A stretch of DNA of 64,000 nucleotides from Acanthaster planci (lineage: Eukaryota). Position 1 is the first letter of the stretch, and the number at the start of each line of letters is the position of its first letter. The notes under the pieces were generated by a model, which did not search any database, was not told the DNA's origin, and was given only the letters and a program-made list of their open reading frames with translations. Below are positions 41,481 through 53,400 of the stretch, one piece after another. A program made the position numbers and the translations under genes. Location: positions 62,001 through 126,000 of the forward strand of contig NW_019091360.1 of assembly GCF_001949145.1 (NCBI RefSeq). The letters run 5' to 3'.

Positions 41481-42563
41481 CTTATAATTTTTAAGTAGAC
41501 CACATGCAAAGTTATAGCAAATATCAACCCTTCTACTACAAAGAGTGTTGAGTTCAAGTTCAGTCAATGATTGTTCATAATCGTGATACTGCGTCCCCAG
41601 GAGGATCTTGCATACTCTTTTTTGAAGTTGCTCAAGAGCCCCAGTCTGTTGTTGTGTGAGAGATGGTATCCACACAAGTACAGCGTACTTAAGAGTAGGT
41701 CCGACTACCCATTGTAGATGGTCACTAGGTCTTTTGCAGGTAGTGCAAAATGTTTCAAGAGTTTAAGCATGTACAATTGCTTACCAGTCCTAGAAGTAAT
41801 CTAGGAGAACCACTCGTCCCATCTTAGATCAGACTAGATCACAAGTCCTGGAATTTTGAGTAAGCTGATTCATGGGTGGTACTTGCTTTTCAAAATACAC
41901 CCTCACTACTGTGCACTTGTTTGGATACTGGCTTTAATGATTGGAGATAGACCACTCTTCAATTTGATGCAAATCACGCTGCATGTGGCTTGGTGTGGGA
42001 ATGTTAGATGTTTCTACAAGTGTTATATCATCCACATACTTCCATCGATTACTAGAAACATTTGATGCTGCGTCATTGATCATGGACAGGAATGCCACTG
42101 GTCCTAGCCGTCAGTAGTTGTGCAGTAGTCACAGCGTTGAGTACTTCCTCCCACTGATGGTTAGTTACCCATCTTCCAAAGTCTCAGATACAAGAATCAG
42201 GAAGTGGTCTCATCACATGTATGACAACTTTATTTGGCTCAGGTTAATGCTTTGCTGGTTGTCACAGAATGCTGGTACAGTCACTCATGCTTACTGGTGA
42301 GGTAATCAGAGGTTTGTCATACTGTTCTAACATATTGGTCATTATCACGTCAAGAATTGCATCATTGCAAGTTAGTGAATCAATGACTTGCTTGAGGTCT
42401 TTATCCCGACACAGTGGAGTCTGTTGAAATCACCATGAAGAATGATACCTGCTGCTGGATAATGAGTACGAAGCTGGTCTGTGGTTTATGGTAAATGATT
42501 GAACAGTTTGTCAGTATGTGGGTTTGCTGTTAGGTTAACAAAAATTGCAGGTGCAGTGTATAA

Positions 42564-42624
42564 CCTAACAGTCTCAAATCCTCCAATTTCAATATGATTT
42601 TGTACACACCCTAGGGGGTTAGGG
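42564..42624. mobile_element. Ultra-short (61 bp) piggyBac-type MITE inside the LINE
   Basis: ATAA|CCTAACAGTCTCAAATCCTCC...GGGGGTTAGGG|TTAA. Reverse-complement homolog of 61535-61596. Confidence 0.65.
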
Positions 42625-44042
42625 TTAATGAGCTAATAGTGCGTGGTAACCTTTTGGTGGGGCTTGGATCCATACAACCTCAAGCTTTGGTGAAATGTTG
42701 ATGTTTTAACAAGTTGAGCATAGAGATCAGTGTGTGTATATAGAGCAACGCCACTGCCTCTCTTGTCAGATCTGCTTTGTGTAAACATTTGAGAAACCCT
42801 GAATTCGGAGATGTCCATCTGGTAGGTGGGGAGAGATCTATGATTCAGCAACTATGGCCATGTCCACTATCAAGTTCAGTACGAGGGATCTGAATTCATC
42901 TATCTTATTGTTGAGAGATCAAGGACAGCAAATGAACACTGAGGGTAATCCTGGCTAATTATCAGTGCCATCCTTACTACTCTTTTTTGAGGTCTGCTCT
43001 TTTTACTGTATGCACCAGATCAGAAAAACGGACACTACGCAGTTGGTTGGTTGTTTCAGAGATAAATAGCTTTCTCCATGTGATTTTGCTCAGTATTTTC
43101 CGTTGTATGTACCGTCCTGCTCTACATCCACGCTTAGTGTGTTTGGAGATGCTCAAATTACAGAGTTTCCTTCTTATGTCCAAACTTACAGGTTTCCTGT
43201 TACCTTTCGTTATTGTTGCGGTCCTTGCTATAGACAACAGCATGTCTCTGGAATATTTAATAACAAGCCCCATTTCGATATCAAGGCATAGTACATAAAT
43301 ATACAAAATAACAACAAATGGAGGGTGCCAATTCACTGATACTAAAATAGTTGCCGAGTTCGTTGCCGAGGTAATAGTGACATTGGTTGATAAAATGAGG
43401 CACATAATGTACTTGTCAGTACAAATGATCCAGTAGAAGCTATGCAGACTCTCGGAAGATTCCACAAGCACTAGTAATCTCAGGGCTGCACTAAAAGATT
43501 CAAATTATGACAATTACTGAGGTACGACACGGAGTGAACTCAATTACTGGGCAGCCTGTATGGTGCACCCTCTTTAGAATGATGTAGTGTGTCTGTGTCC
43601 TGTATACCACTTAGCCTTTAACCTCATGGTATACGGGGTACAGATGCACTACATTATTCTGTGTTCCACTTACATTCGGGCGATGCTAAATAGTATGGAG
43701 AGGTTTTACTATGGCATACACTCACAAAAATTGATTGAGCATGTACGGCGTGTGTAAGTTATGACAGCGTAAGTTAGGAATCAGTGTGCCAAATCAACTG
43801 CTAACTTCTAGCAGATGGATGGAGTGCACCCCTTTCCAGAGGGTAATGTAACCTTTTTAAGAAATTTGTACATGTACCAGTGGATTTTGTTGCTGATTTC
43901 AGCTTCATGCCATATTTAGTGTTTTTTTTTTCTGTGGGTAGTGCTTCCTCTGAGCGGCAATTTTTGGTGTCCCAGAGGAGGCTGAACTAAAGTTAATTGA
44001 GTCAATCAGTATCTTTTGATTAAAAAAAATTAGAACATTTAA

Positions 44043-44568
44043 AGATTACAGAAATAGAAAACAATCATTTCCCGCTCCAAGGCTGATTGAATGACATCAT
44101 TGCCAGAACAATACATATACACTGCCACAGTACATGCAGTATCACAAGCTTGCAATAGACCACGTTTTGTTCTATGTAGCTTGGCCCACAGGGCAAACAC
44201 CATCTCAGTTCAAAGTAGAAATTAAAAGACACAGTCCCACCGTGTATTTCTTGAACTGAGAGAGTGTTTGCCCTGTCGGCCAAGCTACATCAAACACAAC
44301 GTGATCTATTGCAAGCATTTAATACTGCATGTACTGTGTGCTATGTACACGTGCACTGTAGATGCATCGTTCATCCAATCAGCCTGGGAGCATGAACAGC
44401 CTACAGGTTATTTTTGGTGGGCAGGGAAACGCAGGATCGTTTTATTCATTTTGCGGTCACAATTAATGGGGTAAACATTAAATTTATGATGTTTTTGAAA
44501 TGGTTACATATTTCTTGTTATCTTGAAGTACTTCACGCGAACTAATTGTTTTCTATTTCTGTAACCCT
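44043..44568. mobile_element. Kolobok-like TTAA-flanked MITE with an internal long inverted repeat
   Basis: TTAA|AGATTACAGAAATAGAAAACAAT ... ATTGTTTTCTATTTCTGTAACCCT|TTAA. The inner arms ~44078-44199 and ~44263-44390 are reverse complements. Confidence 0.7.
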
Positions 44569-45168
44569 TTAACAAAACTTATTGTGCCCTATGATATGTC
44601 ACACGGGCTGATTCAGATGAATAAACAAATGTGGAGATCAAACAGAATTACAAACATTTTTCAAGAATCTGCAGCCTGTGTTGTTTCACTTAGTGTATAC
44701 CCTCACTTCATGTGCCAGCTGTGGAGACTATGCGTTGCCATTTGATTTTGAATGGTTAACCCTCAAAGGGGCAGGTTTTTTTAGTGCTTGAAAATGCTTT
44801 GCGACTGGATCCTATATGCTTACACAACGGACACTTAATTTGATGAGAAGTGGTCACTGGGTATCACTATACCTGTATTATGGTCTAGTTATCACAATCA
44901 TTTCTTGATTGTTGAGATCAAAGGTATCACAACTACTTTGGAGAGATGGACATCAGACTCTATTCTTGTTTGCCCTTGATCTTTTGTATTCTAGTTGGAA
45001 AATGTGGAAAAAATTGAAGCTGTCTCAAGAATGGTGAAACAACATGCAAAAAAGAAAGCCTTGTTTAAAAGCTTTTTAAAAGGGCATTTCTCAATGAGAA
45101 TAAAAATTAAATATTTTTGTAACAAGTATATTTAAAACTGACTAGGTGCCTTTTGACAATTATTGGCC

Positions 45169-48100
45169 TACTATGCGAAGGAGAGTTCCAGAGCAGTTTT
45201 ATCCTCCAATACCTATACGACCCCCTTCTGCTGGGACTTCCCCCTATTTCTGGATCAATTCCCGTCTCCTCCGGGGACTCCTCTCAACTCCCCGGATTCC
45301 ACACAACCCCGGGGAAAAGATCGCCAGACAACGAGGTTTCACAAAAGGGCCCCAGATTTTCCCTACCCAACCAAAAATTCTGAACAAATTTCTTAAGATT
45401 CCTCCAGAAGTAAATGGATCTAACTTTTGCCAGTCGGTTTTAATACGCTAAATTAGTCATGACTCACGCGGCGGGGTTAACTGTAAATGGTTACAAAACG
45501 AAATGTGATTTAATTGAGCAAGCGAAATTGGACATACAGAGTCAAAGGCATCACATTTGCTTGGTGAGACAAACAAAATACGGAAATAAAGTTTATAAAC
45601 TGCAGCAAATATTTATTCCAAGTGATATGATTACTTAATAAAATTTATAAAATATTAAATTTAGTTAAATCTATTTAACTAATTTTGCACAATTCGGTAT
45701 TTTTGTCGATGTAACTTTTCATCCAAGGCGCTTGTTTGAAGGACATCACACGGTGGACTTCTTTTAGCTGTAAACCTGTAAACTTGCAGTAGTGTACAAT
45801 GTATTTATGCTTGGTGTCTAAAGTTGCTACTAACTTGTCTATAGAAGTAACCCTTTCTCCGCTCGATGACAAATCATTCTGATAGTCCAACAGCCATTCG
45901 TTTGGTACTGAGCTGTTTTCAGGCGCTAGCGGGAAGTCGTTGTGTAAAAGTCATGTAAGTACTGTGGGTAATCGAGCTTGACTTCAAGCATGTAGCCTTT
46001 CGAAGCGCTGGGTGAAAGTCTTGCGATGTACTCGGGAGTAAACTTGTCCAATGCTTTCAACCACTGAAAATTCCTGATGGGTAACGGTTGACTCATGGCC
46101 CAGCCGTATAGATTATTTGCATCAGGGTACATTATGTGAGACATCGGTTTATTTGGATCATAGTCTTTTAAATCGGGATTATTGGCTTTGGTGTAACGTT
46201 TTGCCCCAAGGCTCGAGATGCCGCCTCTTTTAGTCCGTTCAAAAAGACATATGTCTGTCTGTTAATAACTCAAGTTGCACGCCTGAATGTTTCAATTAAG
46301 CATCCCACAATAGACCCGGCGATGTGTAATAATTGGCTGGGTCTAAACCGTAATTCTTTTTACACACCTGTCAAACATTTTCAAATACGCAGGCTAATAA
46401 AATGGTGTCCATTTGTACATAAAGATCGTGGTAGTCTCCAAGATTTTGACACCTAAACGTTTGCCATACACCTTGAGCTCTGGAATATTCTTCTTTGCTT
46501 ACAGTCTGCTGCTTCAACGAGCTATAAAATGTGTCTCGAGTTGAGAGGCTGGTTTCTTCAAATCTATCGAAAGAATCTATACATTCGTATTGGTAAACAC
46601 CCTTCTCTAAAAGCAAGTCTGTGTTGTTTGGAAATCTTTAACGGAGCAGGTTAAAATCGTTCAGGGAACAGTTTTTAAACAATCGATTGAGCGAAGCTGC
46701 CATGAAATGAAACGAGTCTAGAAATCTAAGTTGGCCAAATGAGAAGGATATATAATTCTCGGTGTTTTTAGCAATGACGTTGATTTTACTACCGTTAAAA
46801 ATGCAAGCCCCTAGCATGATCAAACGTGTGTCATATTTCTCCAAGTTGTGCAAGTTAACTGGAATACGTGTTTGCTTGAGCACAACTCGGAGTTCAAGAT
46901 TGAAATTGGCATGTGCTGGACCCCTGTACTTACTTGTGATGTGACAGTGATCGTGGACTTTGCGAAATTTATTGATGGGTTTCTCACAGCTCCTGCAGTT
47001 GTACTCTGTGAAACCATGGTCATTTTTTAAACTAACAGCCGCTTTTTGGTCTTTAGTCTTTGGCTCAGCTTGGATAGGACATTGACATTGTGATTCTTCG
47101 GTTGGATAAATCAGTTTTTCACAGATCCTGCAGACGTTACATTTGTTGTGGCGTTTCTGTAGCAAACAAGGTGCTTTGAATTGGCAAATGTTTGTTAATT
47201 GTGTGAACTTCTCGCAATAGCGTTTGTATGAAATGAATGGATGCGTCTTGGCCTCTGCATGACTGGTACATACACATCATATTGTACGACTGCGTACGAA
47301 TAGCCGCACGGCCTGTGGCGTTGCGTTTTAATTGTGTTTAATGGTTCTTGTGGAAGACACTCTAAAACAGACTCAAAATCCGCGTAGATAACAAATGGTG
47401 CATCCTGTTTATTTTTATAGCTTTCAAACTTTAGAATATGTTGACCCTTTTGAGGTAATTCGGCGCCGTGTCCATTCCATGGCAATCTTCTTGGTGGTTG
47501 TCGCGATGTTGTTCTCTTTGAAAGTGTGATAGGCAATTAAAACACCAATAAGATTTACCGTTATGATTGCTGACGTCGCCCATTAACCGCGAAAAAATTT
47601 TAATCCAACAATAATGACTTGTTTCACCTTGGTTAAAATAAAGTAAATTGATTGGCTCGCCTATGTGTTTAGTCTTGTGGAGTACAAACACATCATCTTT
47701 GTAGCCTAGTGTAGTCCTAGTGTAGCCAAATACGTTAATTGCTAAGTTGTTTTGCGATTCGATGCATGGAATCTGCAAAATCAGTGTAGGAAAGTCTATG
47801 TTAGTGAAATTTAAGCCGTCTGCTATCAAGTACCATTAGGTGCATTCATTGTTTATTTTGTAATTTGGGTTAGTTGCTAGCTGATGTTTGACATTGTATG
47901 AATATAAGCCTGGTGCAGCTCTTAATGCCCAGCAAATGTACTCCTGTTCTTTTTTTTTTTGAACGTCGACGATCGCTGTTTTAACCGCCAGTTCTTTAGG
48001 AAGTGGAATACAAGTCACTCCTACTGGGTTATACCGCACCACGTTGATGTAAAGTGTGACGATTTTATCAAACATCCAGCCATCTCTGTTCGTGAGCTTC

Positions 48101-49043
48101 GACGTCTTCTAAATATTTTGCTATTTGTTGTTTTAACGAGTTTTAACCTCACGTTCAGAAATGACGGTGTTATTTTTACTCGTAAACGTGAAAACACCTA
48201 TTCTGGTTTCAACTTTTCCATTTTGAATTGGACCTTGATTGCAGTTTGCAACTTGTAATAGCCTATCTCTTTAAACTCGGTCAATGCTTTATCTTCGATG
48301 TACTTTTTGTAAAAATTGAAAAAGTGTACCAAGTCGTCTGCAAAGAAACTTGGCCTCAATTCTCAGTTTCGGTAGTTACCTTGAAAGCGTCTTATTCTTC
48401 TGATGTTTACCTCTGTGATAGATTCCGGTTTAATGTAGGCTTTAATCGCAGTAATGAGGTCTTTCCGTAGTATGTTACCCTTTGCGCCAGTGGCTGTAAA
48501 GGGGATGTTGTTGTCTTGAGCTATTTTTAAAAGCTGATGATACGACTGTTGCGTTAGATTTTTAAATTGTTGTTGGCTCGCTTGAATCATGTGTACTAAT
48601 TCAGGCTTCGTATGTTGTTTGCATTTAGCTGGTGGGGGTAATGATATGTTATGTTGTTTGACAAAGTCAGAAAAAAATGGTTTTTTAAGTCGATTAAAAC
48701 CCGATAACACAGGTTCACATTGTGATTAAGTTTGTGTATTCATGGTCTTATTTATATACAGGTAATTATAAATTTAATTTCAATTTTTATTGAAGCCTCT
48801 TTCTTCCGATTCAGGGAGAAATGGACCTTTTTCTTTTTCCGGAGAGTTGGGAAAATCTGGGGCCCATTTGTGAAATCTTGTCGTCTGGCAATCTTTACCC
48901 CGGGGTTGTGTGGAATCCGAGGAGTTGAGAAGAGTCCCGGGGAGATGGGAATTGATCCGGAAGTAGGGGGAAGTCCCGGCAGACGGGGGTCGTATAGGTA
49001 TAGGAGGGTAAAACTGCTCTGGAACTCTCCTCCGCATACTACT
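45169..49043 (-). mobile_element. Internally deleted Polinton/Maverick element (3.9 kb)
   Basis: ~200-bp terminal inverted repeats at 45169-~45365 and ~48848-49043; the right end reads 5'-AGTAGTATG inward. The only recognisable coding content is a truncated protein-primed PolB. Confidence 0.9.
45675..48710 (-). pseudogene. Protein-primed family B DNA polymerase (pPolB), frameshifted and 3'-truncated
   Basis: Motifs in order: YINVVRYNP...IPLPKEL..K.AIV; NLAINVFGY...INLLY...SHYCWIK; a zinc-finger-like CFNCL..F......H...C; exonuclease PFVIYADFES; endonuclease VII-like KVHDHCHITSKYRGPAH; HNLEKYD; RFLDSFHFM; KGVYQYE; DYHDLY..D..LLA.VFE; motif A YPDANNLYGWAMSQPLP; FKQAPWMKSYIDKNT. The ORF stops before motifs B and C. 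Confidence 0.93.
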
Positions 49044-49456
49044 GGCCATGCCTTCAGCTCAGCTCATTATCGTTACCAGGATCTTTATCATTTTTAAATT
49101 TTCTGGTGTAATACAGTCCAACGTGGCTATACTAAACATCACCATAAAACATCAGGTATACAAAAACATGGCCCATTGCTTCTGTATTGCACTTTACCAA
49201 GCATTGAAAGTTTGCTTTAAATAGGCAAAACTGATGGTAATGACTCAAAAGGGCAAATCTCACGGCCAACATGCACCATAATCTGTATTTTTGGTGAGTC
49301 AGAATACATGTGTTTGAATGCACAGGTGGCAATGGACACCAGCCACTGTATAAATGCATTAATACATGTAACACAGGTGACTGTGATGTGGAAAATCTTG
49401 TTTCATGTTATCACTACAAAGCCTCAGGCAAGAATTTGTACCTTTGAAAAAGCAAC

Positions 49457-49510
49457 AAAAAAAAAAAAATATATATATATATATACNACACACACACACA
49501 CACACACACA
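49457..49510. repeat. Compound microsatellite (A)n(TA)n(CA)n
   Basis: Read directly from the sequence; contains one N. Confidence 0.9.
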
Positions 49511-50494
49511 GACGGATAACTTTTTGCAAGTTTAACTGTCAGAAATATTTGTTAAATATTTTGTGAGTTTCGATCGTTTTCAACAGCACTTCCTGACTTT
49601 ATGTATTAGTCATGTACAATTGTTACTCTGGTGTTTCAGAATGATTACTAGCCCATCCATTAGAGTTCCAATTTAGCAGTGCAAATCAATTAAATTGTAA
49701 TGCATAGGCCACCCCCCCCAAAAAAATAGTTATACTTCCTATTACATGCCTCTCAAAAAAGGGTCGGTAGGTCAGACAAATATTTTGGGGGGTCAATATT
49801 TTTATGCTGATGGAATGGCATGCATGGGAGCAAAAGCTACATGTACATGTACCAAAAATTGCCCCAAATGGGATAACTTGCCTCAATCTATGTCACCATT
49901 TCTACGGTTGACAATTCATAAGAATTATGGACAATTTACACCACTATGCACAACGCAAGTCAGGTAATCACAACCGCATTGCATGGTAAGCATGCGTGAT
50001 GCATCCAGATGGGTGGGCAATAAACCTCATGCTGCAGCAGGCAATTTTGCAGAAGCACGTTCAGTTCAAGTACAGGCAAAACAACCTAAAATTTAACTTG
50101 TGAACCGACAAAACACACACTGACAACAGAGAAAGTTCTGTGAATTAACTTGCAGAGATCTTCTTGCAATGTCAACGTTTTTTGATGTCCACCTGTAGGG
50201 TTGCTTGGGTATATGGCTGGAGTATAGTGTATAGACACCATTAGTATACACTGGTTGCCAGATTTCCAGCGCAGCATTGCTTTAATGCATTGAGCTTTGT
50301 ACACGTTTTCACCAATGTGACAGTGAAACGTGAAGGCAACTCGTGAATATAACAGAAATGCAAATGTTAGCAGGAAAACATATAAATAAAACGTTTTAAC
50401 GTGAAGGGGTTGCTCAGAGGTGATTTGTAAAGACTGAAAAGACAACAGAATTCATTTCCTTTTTTTTCATTGAATACAAATTTCTGTGAAGCAA

Positions 50495-53400
50495 ACTCCT
50501 CCCCACATTAGTATGGGTTGGGTCTCCTAGTGACACTTGCCCCTGCCCAGCCTACATATGCAAATTTCCCATGTGCCTATTACAATTTGCTGAAAAGACT
50601 TGATTATGCATTCTGCCCCTTGACCCTCCACAATGCACTGTGATCCCGCCGCTATGTTTGTCCTTTTCGAAGCGGTGAAAACCACTGGAGCCAAAGTGGG
50701 GAAGAATGGGCTGGGAGCAGCTGGGCAGGGGTAAGTATCACTAGGAGACTCGACCCACACTAATGTGGGGAAGGAGTCTCCTGCGTTCACATACCCCTGC
50801 CCAGTCTACATATGCAGAGTGTCACCGTACCCTGGAGGTGGGTCGGCGACGGGAGTGTAACTACTAATAGAAACATAAGGCGAGCGTTGACACTCACTAG
50901 AAGAAACCCCTAGGTTGAAGTATCCACCGTCCGGTCCGGAACAGTGCTGGACATTGTCTGGACCACCAAGCAAAAGGTTGCTGTGCCATGAGATGTTTCG
51001 CTCTGCAAAACATCTTTCAGGTAACACTCGGTGAAGGCGGAGGGAGATTTCCAGCAAGCCACCTGGCAGATTTGAGTTAGAGGAACTCCTCTGCAGTACG
51101 ACCAGGATGCAGAGGCAGCCCAAACGTCATGGGCCCTGACTTGAGATCGGGTCATCTCATCATGTTGTGCTGGCAAGTCTCAGCTTTTGAAGATAATGGC
51201 CGAGACCGTCCATCAGGCAATAATGTCCTCTGACACCGGGTGAAAAAGGGTTTCGTTGCTGGGTATTAGATTCTTGGCAATGCTCAGCCCTGGCAAGATA
51301 TTACTTGAGAGTCCAAACCAGACACCATCTCTTGCACAGAGTCATCTCCTGAAAATGAGGCTGTGTCAGGAACAAATATGTTGGGAGACCAGAAGGTAGG
51401 CATCTGGTTTTGCATAAGGAACCCGATGGTTGGGGCAAGAGGAACCCTGTGTGGCTCCTAGCAGCTGTGCCCCATTGACAATCGACAGGGCATGTAGCTC
51501 GCTACCTCGTCTCGATGTAACAACCGTGAGGAGACCGCCAGCCTGTGAGGAGGAGTGTTAGCCTGATCCTGAGATGCAGGTCAGACACATCAGCCATTGG
51601 TTTGAAAAAGGGAGGACTGGCAAGAACTTGAGGAAAGCTTCTGAGGTCCAAGGATAAGACGAGGCGTTTGATGTGGGGATGCCCAACAAACATCCCTTAA
51701 AGGGGAAATAGGATAGCAGTGTGGTCGGAAAGAGTCGAGCCACCGCTGAAGCCTGAGTGGACAGCTGGCAAGGCTGACAAGTAGTTGTGGATGGCAGTAA
51801 CCTGGAAGCCTGAGTGAAAACAGATACATGAAAAAGCCTTCGACGGAACTCACAGGATCTTCGATTGAAGAAACATCGTGGTCGTTACACCCTCTAGTAA
51901 AATGTAGTTGACTGATGTAAGTCTTGTGAGTGGACAGCTGTTGACCCTGGGCCGAACTAGACGCAGCATCTGCAGAAGAACCGGATGCCCTGAAAAGTCA
52001 TTGGACAATGTCCAGCGTGTCAAGTGAAGACTCTCCGGTGGTGGGTGAAGGATCTCTGATTTAGGCTGACAGAGGAGGTCCTCTCTGACCAGAAGGACCA
52101 GCAGCTGTTGTACCAGGAGTTTCGTCTGTCTTTGAAACCACAGTTGGCAAGGCCAGAGCGGGGCAATGAGGAGGATCGGACATAGCTCCATTCTATCTTG
52201 GACAGGACCCATGGGATGAGGGAGATTGGAAGGAAGATGTATGCCACAGGGCCGGACCAGTCGATCTGTAGGGCATCTGTCACCCCCACTCGGGGGCGAG
52301 GGAACCTGAAGCAGATCATTGGAAGGTGGGTATTGTTGACGAGAGTGAAGAGGTCGGATTGAGGACGCTCAATCTCCACGAAAATCTGGCTGACAACATT
52401 CGGATAAAAAGTCCACTCTGTCGGTCGGACAGCATCCAAGAAAGTGCATCTGCTGTGCTGTTTTCCACTATGTGGACAGCTTCAAGGCTGATCCCCTGAT
52501 TGATTGTCCACATGAAGAGCTGCCATGCAAGGGTGCATGAGTTAAGGACGAGTGCCACCCTGACGATTGATGTACACCACTGTCGTTGAGATGTTTCTCT
52601 GGACTAGAGTGAACAGCCTATTATGTGCTGTCGAAAGCGATGAAAAGCTTTGAACACCTCTTGGAGTTCTAACACATTGATATGTTTGCCTTGAGAGGCA
52701 GTGTCCTAGACCCCGGAGGCATGGAGTGGAGAGAGGCTTCCCTCTGTATAGCAATGCATCCGTCATCACTGTCACATGTGGACTTGGAGGGGCAAAAGTA
52801 AGGCCTGCCCACATGCAAAAAAGCTGAAATATTTGCTAAGAAATGAATAATAAGCCTTGTTACATTGTACTGTGTTCGAAGTGGCCTTTTGTATCCTTGA
52901 GTTAGAGGATTACGGTCATATCATAACATGCATGGGAATAACGTCATTCTGCATACATTGCAAAAATAGAAAAGCTGCGGGTAAGGAGCGTCCACAGACA
53001 CTCCATGAGTAAGAATCAAGATTTACTACACCTCATAAATATTCATGAGCAAATTGGAGCACGTCATTGGCTTCTTCCAACTCGCGTCTTGGAAGTAGAA
53101 ATAATACGCAACCAGGTGGCATCATAGCAGTGAGTATCCACCTCGCTGCTGTGCGGTAGTTTTCCTGATAGCATAAAAAAATCCCTCTGGAACTCACCAC
53201 ATAAATATGTAGTCTGTGTCATGAAATCTTTACATCAATCAGTGCAGTTGCACCCGGATAAGTTAAAAAATTGTTATAGAATGAATTTATTAAGTGCAAA
53301 AAATAAAATGAATGGGTGTTTGTGTAATGGATGGACTGACAAAGCCAGAAATTAAGCTGGAAGTAGCAAGCGGTACTGGATAGGGGGCTTACAGGTAATG

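Larger units (their letters stand above)
35800..43560 (-). mobile_element. Degenerate LINE (L2/CR1 group; APE endonuclease plus RT), split by DIRS copy C
   Basis: 5' region IKYSRDMLL...KRGCRAGR. Endonuclease motifs SLNNKIDE and RSDKRGSGVALY. RT motifs GPVAFLSMIND and KYVDDIT (~42021-42041). The C-terminal LEQLQKRVCKILLG...LLKNYK resumes at 35988 as FNLWLP...CRTTQYRNSPIPFLARLWN. Outer limits are approximate. Confidence 0.85.

Noticed and set aside
45146..45451. Overlapping Pro-rich ORFs (MRRRVPEQFYPPIPIRPP...) that recur at 48780-49049
   Set aside because: They are translations of the GC-rich Polinton TIRs and recur only because the repeat is inverted. There is no evidence they are genes.
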